Assembly (NCBI GenBank): GCA_951406725.2
Contig: OX597816.1
Span: 99,386,001-99,450,000, forward strand
DNA from: Octopus vulgaris
Lineage: Eukaryota
Reading direction: 5' to 3'
DNA: 64,000 bases
Each line of letters opens with the position of its first letter. Within the stretch, counting starts at the first letter, position 1. Under the pieces are notes generated by a model. The model searched no databases, was not told the origin of the DNA, and saw nothing but the letters and a program-made list of their open reading frames with translations. The position numbers were made by a program, and so were the translations under genes. Below, piece by piece: positions 1 through 14,335 of this stretch.

Positions 1-1039
1 TAGCTTTATTTGTTAGGATTAAATAGAATCTTTTCCAGTGCTGCTGCTGCTACTATTACTTCTACATCCCTCTATTATTTCTTCTGAACATATTCCTTTT
101 ATGGCTTCTTCACTTAAACCGTTGTATTTTCAACTCAGCTCTGCAGCATCCTAGTTATACCTACTACCATCCCTGGTTTTAAACGTTGTGCACAATATCC
201 TCATTACAAATATTTTCCCTTCAAACATTTACTGACAAGAGTTTAGAATGGTTGATGTTAATTTTTCATGCATATATAATCAGGCTTGATGATTATATAT
301 GCTACAGAGACAGCTAGATCTATACAAGTATTTTTTCAAAAGCCAATAAGTTCTTTTCTTGTGCAAATGACCAATGGTCTTAATCTCACTGTCAACAGAA
401 CTGATCATTCATTAATGGATCACTCTGGTCATATAAAATCAGATTCAAATAAAGAAGAAGTTTTTAAATTGCTTTTAAATTGTGTATATTCTGAGTGTCC
501 TATAAGTTAGCATATCACTGATTGCATTTATTTCATCGGTTTCACATTTTTTCTACTGTTATAAACATTATGCAGTATTGATGTCCAAATCAGCGACCAA
601 CTGTCTCTAGAGACACATCCAAGTATTGTAAAATGTGGAAATATTTCATAATACAATCCTAGATCAACCGCTTTTGAAAATAAGACGGGTTTGTTTCGAT
701 AGAACGCCTTTGCTCACGAGCTTGTTCGATTATGACTGACCTAGTTATTACTAAACAGCAACTGTAACCAGAACAATATTTTATAAAAATTATACCTTGC
801 GGTATTAATTCCGAGTTTTATGTTCTGAGTTCAGATCCCGCGAAGGTCAGCTTTCTTTTTCATCCCTTCAGTTTCATTCCTTTCATCCCTTAAATTACTA
901 GTACTGGAGCTGGTGGTTTTGATTAATAATCTCCCCTCAAATTTCTTGGTCAGAAACCATCATTTAAACTTGTGCAATTTATTGTATAAATCGTTATTGA
1001 AGTAGGCATTAATATGATGCCATTATTGTTTTTAACTAT

Positions 1040-1205
1040 ATAGAATATTTGAAGTACTTCAGTACTTGACTGGCACTCTATATTATCGACCCCGGAAGAA
1101 TAAAAGAGAAAATCGGGTTTGGTGGAATTTGGACAAAGAATATAAAGAGCCGTAACCAAATACAGCTAGGCATTTTCTTTGATACTTTTGCAATTCTAGT
1201 ATAGA
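1040..1205 (-). mobile_element. Degenerate tRNA-derived SINE, family A, reverse copy
   Basis: Reverse complement of the family A core (attatcgacccgga...ggaatttg...ctaggcatttt), back-to-back with the + copy at 1219. Confidence 0.55.
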
Positions 1206-1218
1206 GAGGATCATCAAT

Positions 1219-1432
1219 TAAGGCGACGAGCTGGCAGAATTATTAGCACACCGCGCAAAATGCTTAGCAGCGTTTCTTCCATCTGTACGTTCTGAGTTCT
1301 AATTCCGCCGAAGTCGACTGTGCCTTTCATTCTTTCGAGGTCGATAAAATAAATACCAGTTGAGCACTGGGGTTGATGTAATCGGCATAGCCCCGCCCCC
1401 GAAATTTCTGGCCTTGTGCCAAATTTTGAAAC
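1219..1432 (+). mobile_element. tRNA-derived SINE, family A (Meta-domain-like core)
   Basis: Head aggcgacgagctggcagaat with A-box-like and B-box-like (gagttctaattcc) motifs, then core gtcgactgtgcctttcattctttcgaggtcgataaaataaataccag. More than 15 related copies in the window, e.g. ~790-960, 3390-3590(-), 7955-8150, 14870-15070(-), 16528-16720, 19120-19250(-), 30008-30145, 37920-38057(-). Confidence 0.85.
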
Positions 1433-3624
1433 TTATATAAAGAATAGCATTATCTGCTTCATTTGTGTGTATGTGTGCGTGTGCATGTATGTGTTCGTAT
1501 GCAGGTATGAAAGGAGAGAGAGAGAGGGACAGAGAAAAGGAGAAAGAAACCCTCTGTGTATGTGTGCGTGTGTATGCGTGTTATAAGTTGCTCGTGATTC
1601 TAGTTTAAAACTATGGAGTAGAATCGGATCGTGTGTAACTAAGTGGTAATATTCTGAAAGTATCCATCATCTATACAACATAAATAAGCAATGAAGTGAG
1701 ACAAAATGTCAGCGAGAAGCCTTACTTGGAAACTTGATCTCGGGATTGGTAGTTCAACACACTGTTATTTGTTAGCTTCGGAATTATGAGGGTGTATATG
1801 TTTTATGAGTTATCACACAGAAAAAGAAAATTATATAATTCAATAACAAAAAGGGTAAAATAATTGCAACCTGAAATTTCTAAAATACGAATGAATGAGT
1901 ATAAATACCAGTATTTTGTATTATTACGCTTGAATTCACAAAAACACTATGGGGATTTAAGGGGGAAAAATGTATATCAAGAACAATACGATTTGAAGTT
2001 TAATAGCCTTTCGGAGTAGTTCATTCTGGCGAATATAAAAAATAAATTCCGCTAAGGCTAATTCTTATTCATAGAATTGTTTTGGTTTTATTGTTTCGCT
2101 TTAGTCTTTCGTTGACGTCAAAGTTAACTATTTATTCTTAAATCAGATCTCCGTTTTCAGGTCTAATAACAGAAATTAATCGGGTGACATAGTGACCCAT
2201 GTTAAGAACATAACCGTAAAAATGGAGAGATAACATACTTTCAAACTTCAATGGGCACTATTCACTTTGAGTTCTAACCGATATTGGAACTCAAAGAAGA
2301 AAAAGGGTAATAAAATAAGCACAATATAATACGATATAATTTTTAAAAAACAGCCAACAGAAAACAGCAAACAATAAGATGTCACTAAGTAACGTTAGAG
2401 ATTAGGCAAACATATTTAAAACATGAATTTCTTGGTTGGAACAGCCAGGACCACGAAACTAACTACACAATCGATTGTCAAGATTGTAAAAAAAAAAAAA
2501 AAAAGTATAAAACTGACATGAATTTGTAGAAAAGAAACAAAAAGCAATGTTGAAATTGCTGACTTCTTCGATGATTAAATATTGGTTGAAGAGAATAAAA
2601 AAAAGAAGCAGGGAGAAAATGGCAGAATGTCTTGTAGCTATATCTATAGTTTTGTCTCTTCAACTTGGTTGAACATTGCAAAACAAACACAGCCCATAAT
2701 AGGAAAACAATGCACACAGATTCACTACATACATATATATATATGTGTGTATATACATACATATTCTGCGCATGTAGTTTTGTGTGTGTGTGTGTGTCTG
2801 CGTGTATGTAATAACTGGAAAGATTTCAAAAGAATAATGTCTTTTCATTTTGTAGATGATCATTGCTCAGCTATTTTTGTTGATGTTGGTATTCGTGATT
2901 CCGTTGTTATCGTTGTTCTTTCAGTTATTGTTATTGTTTTATCCGTTTTGATGTTGCGATTGTTGTTATTAATAACTTAGTAAAGAGTTTAACTTCTCAT
3001 ATATATCACTTTTGTTACTGTTGTTGGAGATGTCTTTCATATTTGTTTTTCTCCGCCTTCTTTTGCTTTTCTTCGTTGTTTTTCTGTCTTTTAATTTATA
3101 TGTTGTTAAATTTTATTTATTTATTTTTTGCTTTGTTTCTTTCAAATACATCTGCAGTACACACACATGCGCACACAAATACTTAAACACAAACTGATTT
3201 AAACACACATACACAATATGCAAAAATATATTAAGGGCTGAGAAATAACTCCAGTAGGGACAATCTCATGAGAGATACACCCCACCATGAGATATTTCTT
3301 TCGAACAAAAACACCCTCGGAAGGGATTATAACCAAGAAAAGCACAAGTCCCACAATATCAGTGTATAATAATGGTCTGTAAATTAGACGAAAAATGGGA
3401 ATTTTGGGGTGATACGTTTAGTCGATAGCATCGTACTCAGTGATAATATATTTTCTCATTGGTACTATATTTTGTTACAACAGAAAGGCTGAATAGCAAA
3501 ACTGATTTTGGTGGGATTCGATCTCAGAACGTAAAGAGCGGGAAGAAGGTTTTTTTTTCCGACGCTTCAACTATTCTGCCAGTTTTCCGGCATCACATCA
3601 AAATATAATATTGATATTTCTCGT

Positions 3625-4030
3625 CTCAGAAATGCTTAGCAAAAGAAATCTGGTCGAGAGGGGAAATGTTGGCCAAGAAACGCGTTTTGTAATACCACAC
3701 TGAATCTGAAATTATAGATATAGCCTTGAATCTTGAAAAGAAAATGGAATTGATGCTGTTGCCTGTGAAGATAAAGATGTAAGTGAAAGATTCACTACCG
3801 ATAAATTGAGTTGGCGGGTAAACTAATGAAAGAACTAGAATAACTTTTTCGCTATGTTGCCAATAGCGAATTCCCATTTGATGCATGAAAAAGTATACAG
3901 GAAAAGCAAATGGAACCATTTTGCGTCAAGGCAGTTGTCTACCAACTGCAGCTACTTCGACTTCATGTAACATGGATGACTTTCCTGTAGCACCGCGAAA
4001 ATATAATGCATCAACTGTCAACAGTAAAAA
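3625..4030 (+). mobile_element. Possible highly decayed pogo/Tigger transposase C-terminal relic
   Basis: Broken-frame peptides LAKEI-x-xRG and ERFTTDKL...KLMKELE resemble the Tigger C-terminal region; weak. Confidence 0.3.
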
Positions 4031-5952
4031 CAACCAATAATCCTGACTGACCTCCCCTTTATGACTTATTTTAATAAGTTGCATTGTGACACTTTGAAAG
4101 TGGTTGTACGGTATTATTCTTTATAATACAGGGCGTGTACTTGTAGCTAGCCATCTATCAATACATTATTATTTGGAGGTATGGAAAGAGCATTATAAGA
4201 GGGCCGAAAGGGTATTAATGAATTATTTAAATTCTTCGATGACTGCCACCACCTTATTAATAACCTGTTTTTGCTACTAAACTTTCATGAAAACAGCTGT
4301 GTTTATTATCTAGAAACGTACTATGAAAATGGAAACACTTCTCGCCTCTTTATCAAATTTTGAAATATGAAAATACAGATGTTTAAAGCTAAATTTATCG
4401 CTGCACGTTATATCCTAAGGAGCTTCTTTCAAAACGTAACGTTAAAGATAACACTGTATTCTCACTGTTGAGAGAGGAATGTTTCAGCAAAACAGCATAT
4501 ATGCAAATATATGCTCTTTACGATTATCTTTCAACTGAAGATTCGGAATTTGAATGGTCTAAAATATTTATGCCTCCATATTTTTAAATAGCTGAAGGGT
4601 AGTAAGAGTGTTTCTCCCTTCGTAATCTGTTTTCTCGTGAATAATCGAATGTGTGTTGCGAAAGTTATTTGGCGAAAAGAGTGTTCCAAACGTTTGGAAC
4701 ATAACGACGATCCATTTTAAAGTGAAACAAAAGTAATAATTTCCTGCTCTCTTGTCAGTAGATATGTTGGATGGGAAAGTATTCGAACAGTTTAGATCTT
4801 TGCATTTATTCCTCTATATTTGTATAGATGTGTGGAATTATCGATATAGAAATCAACTGTTTATTGTAGAAGTAACTGTGGTTTTTCTGTTTTCTTTTTC
4901 TTAGAACAAAATCATTCCTAGGTCCATCAACGTTTCTAGAGCTTCTCTGTTGCATTGTCTTGATGAAGGGAATGTTATAGGCATTTGCTATTACCGCCTT
5001 TTTAAGTGGAACAGCAAGGATCATAAGAATTATCTTGTTCATGATTTAGATAATTATCGATTTTAATTGTTAACAATTAACTGCAAACAACTTCCAACAA
5101 CCAGTAAATGTTCTTGGTTTATTACTATGACACTGTATATGAGTTAATATTTAGTCTGTATTATTTCTCTATTAATAAAACAACTATTGGTAATTTAGTT
5201 TGTTATTGGTGTTGTTTTCTTTCTGTGGAATTTCATAAAGGATGAATGCATTATAAACAAATATGTGCTAATATACTACATTACAACAGAGAGCACGAAA
5301 CAAAACTTGACCGAAAAAACTTTCTGATAACACGACCGTCTTTATAGAGAATTTCACAAAATCTAGATTAGCGATGGAAGCTTTATTAACAACAAAATAT
5401 AAATTAAAATTAATGCACTGACACAGCATCCTTGTAATAGACAAAGAACATTTACTGGTTGCTGAGAGTATTTTAGTGTTAATGACTAAAATTTTTTAAA
5501 AAAAGTATGATGATTAATAGCAACAACACTCCCATGATTATTAGTGATCACTATGAAAATGGAACAAAAACCGAGAAGATAGAGATCGTTAATGGGTATA
5601 TATTGTTCCAAAGGGAACTTAAAAGACTAATAAGACAATTGTTAAAAATAAACGATTAAACCTCAACATAATGTCTTCAGTATAGCAAATAACATGCGCA
5701 TATTACTTTTACTTTTGATTTGTTATTTTGTTTGTTTTGTTTTCTTTTTCAATATTTATTGCAATGATGTGCGTACATATATTGCAGCTGATATATATAT
5801 TTAGCCAGTGACATGCGGCCATGCAAGAATACTAACAATTCTACAGTCAGTTTGACATTATGCGACAACTATGGTTGGGAGCAATGATGCAGGAGACTGG
5901 GAATTAATGTGTTGTATGTATGTATGTATTTATGTATGCATATATATGTATG

Positions 5953-5987
<35 letters not shown>

Positions 5988-6016
5988 TACACACACGCAC
6001 ACACATACACGCACAC

Positions 6017-6064
<48 letters not shown>

Positions 6065-6069
<5 letters not shown>

Positions 6070-6270
6070 TAATCCAAACAAGAAAGCACAAAAAAACACA
6101 ACAACGCGAGGACGTGGAACAAATATAGTATTATTGGACGCTAAGGAAAGAAGGAGGGTTTAACGTTTCGAGCGGAGCTCTTCGTCGGAAACATAGGAGG
6201 AGGAAAGATCCAGAGAAGGGAAGACAGAGGGAAAAAAATCGCCAACGGAACACATGCGGTCACATTTTGA

Positions 6271-6272
<2 letters not shown>
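6065..6272 (-). mobile_element. Small non-autonomous Penelope-pLTR/retrozyme-like element between (TA)n tracts
   Basis: Flanked on both sides by (TA)n; contains a hammerhead-like motif at 6158-6192; a partial copy in the opposite orientation lies at ~46995-47088. Confidence 0.7.
6158..6192 (-). ncRNA. Minimal type I hammerhead ribozyme-like motif (U4C variant)
   Basis: Minus strand reads GUUU-CCGACGA-A-GAGC(UCC)GCUC-GAA-ACGU-U-AAAC: helix I GUUU/AAAC, helix II GAGC/GCUC, palindromic helix III ACGU. Confidence 0.6.
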
Positions 6273-6320
<48 letters not shown>

Positions 6321-6321
<1 letters not shown>

Positions 6322-6728
6322 GGTGCAGACTTAGTTGTGTGGTGAGAATCTAGCTACCCAACCACATGGTTCCGGATTCAGTCCCACTGCGTGGCACCTT
6401 GGCCAAGTGTTTTCTACTATAGCCACGGGCCGACCAAAGTCTTGTCAGTGGATTTTGTAGGCAGAAATTGAAAGAAGCCCATCGTATGCATGCATGTATG
6501 TATATGTGTGTATGTATCTTTGTGTCTGTGTTTGTCCTCCCATCACCGCTTACAACCGGTGTTGATGTGTTTACGTCCCCTTAACCTTGCGCTTCGGCAA
6601 AAGAAACCGATAGAATAAGTACTGAACTTTAAAAATAAGTCTCAGGACCGAGCAATCGACTAAAGCATTTCAAGGAGGTGCTCCAGTATGGCCACAGTCA
6701 AATGGCTGAAACGAATAAAAGAATAAAA
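6321..6728 (+). mobile_element. tRNA-derived CORE-type SINE, family B, full length
   Basis: tRNA-like head (tgtgtggtgag...ggattcagtccc), CORE-like gcaccttggccaagtgt, internal (TG/TA)n, 3' end atggccacagtcaaatggctgaaac with (aataaaag)n tail; several copies in the window. Confidence 0.85.
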
Positions 6729-6730
6729 CA

Positions 6731-6762
<32 letters not shown>

Positions 6763-9700
6763 CTATGTATACATGCATGCATGTAAGTATGTTTAACCGA
6801 AGCTTTTCAATTAATAAATCCCTGTTTTGCCTCTTATTTGTGACTGTGTGTGTATTTTAGCCTTTTGTTGTGTTGTTAGTTTTGCTTACGCCATTATTGC
6901 ATATTTTTGTTAGAAATTCTGTGAAGGAAAGACGTTTTGTTTAATAATGTTTTCCCATTTTCTGACCTTTTATGTTGTGTGATGTAATGCAATGTTGTCG
7001 TCCATTGATGTAAAAACATGATGATCCGGCGACAAGGTGTCGCACCTGTATGAGCAATATTGCAGTTGGAGCCAGAAAGTTCAGAACATGTTTGCAGTGT
7101 AACTTTAATTCCAATTGAGAAGAAAGCTTTGATTTTAGTGTTTTAGGAACATTCATTATACAAACAAACGGTAAAAAGAACACTCATGTAAAAATATTTG
7201 AAAACATTACGACAATGAAAATTGCATCATTCCTTTTTTCCTCTTCTCTATAAATGAAAATCTTGCCCGCACATGATGATCCCACTTTTCTTCTCCTTCT
7301 CATGTAAAATATCTTTGAAATTATTTCTCTTTTATTTTGCGAGTCGTTAAAAATTTCCGCTAAATCTTTCTTTCTTTTCTCCAACGAAGATGAAATTTTT
7401 CATTTTGAATGTTTTATACTTAGTTGTAACTCAGGATAAATATATTAATTTCTTTTTGTGTGTTTATGTAGTATATAAATATTATTTAAATATCATAGAA
7501 ATAATTAAAGATCTTAATGGTATTTAAATTTAAATAACATTTGAGTATAGAATAATTTGTATAATCTTATTTTTTTAATTGACATGGTTGTAGATAATTA
7601 CATTGTGTGTTATATTAATGTTTTGTTTAATTTAATTATTCTTGGATATATATTATTTTAGAATATTAGGTTATACAAGTTGCATATGTGTGTGCGCTTG
7701 GTCCCAGGTTCGATCCTACTGCATGATATACAGTATAAAACATGGAAACTCATCGGATGGTTTGCACCAGCAATACAAAGATATAGATTTGTCACAGTTT
7801 TATACTTGTCACACACTCTTATACTTCTCTCACACTCATATGCTAATTTTGCTCACGACTGCACAAGTCTGTTAAATTCTCAGCCGTTTGCATAATAATT
7901 CAATGAGCAGGTAATTCAGTTGAAAAGAAAATTGAATCCTTATTGTAGAAACTGACGGATATCCACATCACGTCGGACAAAATGCTTCGCGGCATTTCGA
8001 TCGCCTTTACATTCTAAGTTCAAATTCCACTCTTCAATTGAGCACTTTCACTTTCAGTTTTGTCTTCCACTTTTTTAGTTAAGTACTGGTATTCAATTTA
8101 ATAGTCTGGCCTCTCTTCCAAACTTCAAATCTTATGCCCATAGTAGAAAGGTTATATGGGCCTAATGAGAGATCCGTGAGTTACGTAGTCAATGAATATG
8201 GATTTCGAAACCTAAGGTACACCTAACTGTGTCAGTTGACTATTTTAGTAATAAAAATCAGCTCTATTGACAATGCAGAGCACTCTTTTCTCACTTCTGG
8301 TTTTCCCCGGAAACTACAAATATATAGAGAGAAGAGGGAAAAAGAGAGGAAAGAAGAGCCAAGTGCTACTGGCGAACGAGTATGGTGGCTTGGTGGCATG
8401 TAAAGTGCTTTAGCTAATTGCTTTAGTTCCCTATGCAGTCCGTGCAAATATAGAGACTTCTTGATTCTTCTACCTACCTTCACACACCCACACACACATA
8501 CACACATACATATACATACATTCGTTTGTGTGTATATGTGTGCATGTATGTGTGTGTGCCAGTATCTACATATGTTTGTATATATGTACATATGTATGTA
8601 CGTGCGATTTTGTGCATGTGTCACTAACGATTTATTTTTGTTGATCCTATCTAACTGTATCTCTCCTTTCTCTCTCTCTCTCTCTCCCTGTTCTCTTCCC
8701 TCTCTCCTCTCCGTCTTTTCTCTCTCTTCCTCTCTGTCTATCTCCCTTTGTCTGTCTCTTTCTCTCTGTCTATCTCTCACTGTGGCTCTTTCTCTCTCTC
8801 TTTATTTCCTTCTCCCTCTTTGTTTACATATCTGTCAGTGCGTATAGCTGTAGATAAGAAGTCACTGTCATCCTAGTTTCTCTGTGTAATAAATGTATAT
8901 TAAAACAATACGATCATAAAAATATGAATCTCTTCTAAGATTAATAAAACCCATCAGGAGTAGGAGCCTGGCTACGAATCTGTCAGTGTGTATGAATGTG
9001 CTTTTGTATCTGTACGTGTAAATATTCGCTGATGAGATTCTGTCCAGCCTTTTACTAAGAAAATCCATGCAAACTTAATCATTAAGTATGTGAAAAATGT
9101 AAGTTTTGATAATTTAGCAATATTTCTTTCACATGATGCCAAGATAACAGCTATTTTACTGTGCGTGTGTGTTGGGCTGTGTATGTATGTATGCGTTTAT
9201 GTATGTATTCTCTTCCGTTTTTTTTCTTCTTTTTTTCGTTTCTTTTTTCTTATTCTTGGTATTTCTCCAAAAACGGACGAATTGATCTCGAAGAAACAAG
9301 GCTCCATCATTAGACCGCATGCAGCAAAATATAGATCTGTAAAACATCTGACATTATCTGTCGCAGCTTATAGTATGGAGAGGAGAATGTTTTATGTTTC
9401 AGAGTATATCTAATTTAATAAGATTTATTATATCATATCCTTCAAAAGGTGAAGTTATGTAATAGTTACTAGACCAACAAAGAATTTAACCTCTCCGTTG
9501 ATATCGATACCATTGTCTAAATTGTAAACTAGATAATATTGACATTGTATGCACTGTGCTTCTTCTCAAATTCTATGAATGTTCATCGGGTCACATTTTC
9601 AGGGGTCGAGTTATGCATGATCACAAGCGTGATCACCACTCCCAAACTTTCATTCTTTTCAAAGTGTTATACATTTTAGTATAATTGGTCTTCTCGCTGT

Positions 9701-11465
9701 TTAATAAATATGGTGTGAAGGATATGAGATTCGACAGATCTACAAATTTTATCTGAAATAGAATACTTCAATGCCGTTACTTCTGTATAAACATACATTT
9801 TAATTTAAACTATTTAAGTTTTGATGTTAGTTTAATGGTTTTCCCCTATTTTATCATTTGAATGGTTATGCAACACATTCATTGTTGGACAGTCTAGTTA
9901 AAAGAAAAGTTTTGTTTACTATGACTTTCTAAGTCTGGTAATGTACATTTTGCTTAGGCAAAATATACATGGGTTTTAAACAAGACTATAATGATATATT
10001 TTTGTTTAACCTCATATATTTGTAGATTTCATTGTCCAGAACAAATTTTAATATATAATATTATGGCTACTTTTGTAGTAATCTATCAAGTTAATACAGG
10101 GTTCGCACTCTCAATTTATCATTAGGTTCATTCGAGCTAATCTAACTTCATTCAGATGTCATGTGAAGTGGTTGTTATGATAGCAAATAGATACTTAGAT
10201 ACATTAATGCTATTTTCAAGTCGTCATCAAGAATGCCACGATGATGTAAGCTTTCTTTACAAATGAGTACCGAAGCATATAGTCACTGAATTTATGCTAG
10301 GAATTTAATGCTACAGAAATTACATCAGACTATGTCAAAATGCCCGTTTCACCTTCGCAATGAAGGCATTCTTAGTTTCTGCTGTTGATGATGTTGTTGC
10401 AGTTGAGAGTTGTATGAGTGTAGGTATGAGTGTGGGGGATGTTTTATTAGCCTCTATCGCATTCGTTAAATGTATTCATTATCGAAACAGCTTTATAAAT
10501 GCTGAGATTCATTTACCAAAACCTATCCCACTGGTCCTTTCAAGGTATTTCATTGTGATATTCTTAGTCACTAATCATTATCTTGGTAAGAATTTTTACT
10601 CGCTTGTATTGAGAAAAATCTATTGTCGAGAGAACTATTTCAAAACTTTATATTGTTTCAACGTAAAGTTTAATGGACTTTTTCAATTATTCTTGTACAA
10701 AACATTTACGGATGTATGTATGTATGTATGTATATACAAGCGTATGTGTGGTGTGTACATATGGGTGTACATCCATACGTACACACCACACATACATATA
10801 TATAAATATATATGTATATTTATACATATACACATGTATACATATATATATATGTATACATATACACATGTATACATATATATATATGTATATTCATACA
10901 TATATATGTATATAGGTATCTATGTAAGTATACATTTATACAAACATACATTTATACATAAGTTTGTATACACATATATACACTCACTCACACACAGACA
11001 TATATGTACACATACACACTTACTCACACACAGACATATACACATACGCACGAACGCGCGGCGCGCACACACACATACATTTTTTGCGAGTAGGCGTATG
11101 TGTTTCTGACTAGTTATGTTTAACGACTGTCTTCATCAACTAACTACTTGGTGATAAGACTATGAAAGGAAATTTACAAAATAAAGGTATGTTATTCATT
11201 TCGGAGAGTCTCCAGTCTTGAAATCTATAGAATGCTTCGCATACGTCCGTGGTTTCAGATATGCAGGTCATCGAAAGTCTAATTAGATTGTAACTTTTGT
11301 TTGTTTTTCAATAATACAACTTCGTGTATGTGATAAGATTGAGTGCATGTTTTGATCCCTCAGCTTCTAAATATCATCCACTTTCTAAACTGTGAGTGAA
11401 CGATATCCATCTATTTGTTTTGTTTTTCTTTCTTTTTATTGCTCTAAAATAAGAAATATCAGATA

Positions 11466-11683
11466 CCGTATTTTCGGCATACTAGTGTAAACATTCAAAT
11501 ATCGTCACTATTTTTACAAATCCTGTTGCATTTTTCATTCCTCTAATGTCATCTCTCACTATTTTTACAAAACCTGCTGGATTTCTCGTTCCTCTAATGT
11601 TGTCTTTTTTGTATAAGTCCCCCTCCCTTTTTGGGCTGTAAATTTGGGTCTGAAAAATTTGATTTGTATGCCGGAAAATATGA
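11466..11683. mobile_element. pogo/Tigger-type MITE with an internal 51-bp tandem duplication
   Basis: TA-ccgtattttcggcata ... tatgccggaaaatatga-TA imperfect TIRs with TA flanks; 11506-11556 is repeated at 11557-11607. Confidence 0.65.
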
Positions 11684-12297
11684 TATGATACATTTTTTTC
11701 TTGCTTTTGATTATTTCTGCATCTTTTTTTTTTCGGCTACATCAATAACTTACAAATTGTTATTATTGAAAATATTATTGTTTTTATTGTTGCTTATTCC
11801 CAGATCAAACCAGAGACATTTCTTTGATCACAGGTATTCCAACTATGGTCCTGTCTTTTCTACTTGGTATCTAGGACTACATGATCCAATTCACATATGT
11901 TCTTTACGTATTCAAGGTGTAAGGGTGTGATCTGGGATGTGAATGTTAAATCTTGATGGTCAAGAGATTACATAGGACACCCTCTATGATATTATTAGCC
12001 ATTATTATCTGTTTTCTTTTTTTTTTTTTTTTGCATTTCAATATTATTTCGATCAAAATTATTCTCGAAGCAATATTGTACCAGATGACAAAATAATGTG
12101 CGACAATTTGATGCTGATGACAGTTCTGTAGTTTTGGGCAGTCTTATTCACTTATTCGACCCGTGAAAATTTACGTCATGCTTGTGTAACTATGCGTGCT
12201 GAGACTACACATAGATATTATTCATGTGTAGAAATATACATACAAAGTATATTTGTAGAAATCAAGAATATAAAATTTAGTGACATATGTGTGTGAG

Positions 12298-12333
<36 letters not shown>

Positions 12334-12671
12334 AAGAAAGAGATAGATAGATACACATATATACATATGTATACATAGATACACTCATATATATATGTAT
12401 GCATATATACATATACATACATAGATACGCTAACATATCTTTATATATTGACATTTATTGAGAAAGATGTTATATACATGAGCGTATGTATGTAAATATG
12501 TGTGTGTGAGTGAGAGAGAGAGAGAGATTACGTGTTTGTGTTTATAAATATTTTTTCAATCTACTAAATGTGTATACCTGTATATCTGTCTTTCTAAATA
12601 TCTATGTATTTCTGTCTGGCTTTGAAGATAACTTTCTTTTATCTAATTGCCTATCTTTCTATATAACTATA

Positions 12672-12675
<4 letters not shown>

Positions 12676-12769
<94 letters not shown>
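12676..12769. repeat. Long perfect (GT)n microsatellite
   Basis: About 47 uninterrupted GT units; source of the spurious CVCV/HTHT ORFs. Confidence 0.95.
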
Positions 12770-12770
<1 letters not shown>

Positions 12771-13272
12771 ATGTGTGTATACAAAAAAGAGACATCGAAG
12801 AAGAGGACAGAAGGAAAACAGAAGACTTGTGAATGGTGATGGAAGGGTTCATTTACTTGTCTATACATCTAGACATATAGCTGTAATTATATACATGGAT
12901 ATACATCCAAACGGACAAAAGCGTAATATTAAGCTAAAAGCTGAGTGCGGGAAGAGTACATCTATATATATACATACAAGTGTTGACAGTCCATTTTCAA
13001 AGGCAACTGTGCATAATGATAGTAATTTCTATATTTATGATGTGTTGCCTCACATGACAACCAAGACTCTACTTAAAATTGCATCTATATATAGGATGCT
13101 GAATCTCTGTATCTGTGTGTTAGGATCCTTATATATGCACATAGATTCACAGTTATGTGTCTGTGTATATACGTTCTTGAATGTAAGCAAATTTGTAAAA
13201 TTAAAAGTGTATATACTTACACATATATATGTGAACATTTACTTATATATGTATATATGCATACATACACAC

Positions 13273-13319
<47 letters not shown>

Positions 13320-13422
13320 CATTCATTTATACTTACATACATACATACATCAACCCACTTATTTATTTATGTGTGTTTATTAATATATATTTATACCAAT
13401 AGATAGAGCGAGAGAGAAAGAG

Positions 13423-13680
13423 ATGGCTAAGTGGTAGGGTATCCAGTTCATGAGCGTAAGGTCATAAGTTCGATTCCTGGTGGCACGCTGTGTCCTGTAT
13501 CCTTGAGCAAAACATTTTAATTTACGTTGCTCCAGTCCGCTCAGCTGGCTAAAATGCGTTGTATTTGTAATTCAAAGGGCCAGCCTTGTCACATTCTGTA
13601 TCACACTGAATATCCCTGAGAACTCTGTTAAGGGTACGTGTGTCTGTAGAGTGCTTAACCACTTGCACGGTATATTTCAT
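13423..13680 (+). mobile_element. tRNA-derived CORE-type SINE, family C
   Basis: A box tggctaagtgg, B box agttcgattcc, then tccttgagcaaaacatttta...gttgctccagtcc CORE-like segment. Confidence 0.7.
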
Positions 13681-13899
13681 GATATATATTTGTATGGAGT
13701 GTGTGTGTGTGTGTGTGTGTATCTATCTATCTATCCGAACATATGTGTAAGTGTACAACATATATAATTCCAACGTACGCACAAATGTAATCTTACCATT
13801 ACCCAGTTGTTATGGATATCACAAGATATTGTGGCGAGTTATAGGTTCATAGGTAAAATAGGATGACAAATCCTCAGCTACAGTTAGCAGTCTATAACC

Positions 13900-14335
13900 A
13901 GACAGACCTCTCAAGCCGAATGCAATTTCAGAAATACTACATGGTCTCTTTTAAATGGAGAATACTTATCAAAAGAAAACTATAGAGAGTAGATATAGAA
14001 TCAGCAGTCTCTACTGTAAAATGCATGCGAGGTTAAAAGAGAGTATTTTTAAATGAAAGTTTGCGGAGCATACCCATTCTCTAGTATCCAGAAGTAAGTG
14101 TAGTGAAAAATCCTCTTCAAATATATTTGGTTGTTAAAAGACAGAGGAGAAAGCAACCCACTAATTAATAGAATACTGGTGCAGATGCACAGACACACAA
14201 TGGCCGTGGTAACTTCTATCAACAATGTGCAGCTTAAAAGTTCAAGATCCTGACTATAGCTGGATATATCTTAAAGAGGATGAAACAAATCCAGTAATGC
14301 TTACTTGCAAAGAAATATAAGCTCAAATCTTGAAG
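13900..14335 (+). mobile_element. Decayed Penelope-like element, GIY-YIG C-terminal region
   Basis: Broken-frame peptides LLNGEYLSK, KYIWLLKDRG, CAA*KFKIL, KKYKLKS* match the PLE pattern CPLxGxCL...LSxYIWxLK...CxLCxxEK. Confidence 0.55.

Noticed and set aside
286-510. 74-aa ORF and neighbouring short ORFs
   Set aside because: No recognisable motif or splice context; expected by chance.
10360-11109. 249-aa ORF and the many YIYI/CVCV/HTHT ORFs
   Set aside because: Open only because dinucleotide and tetranucleotide repeats lack stops; no domain content.
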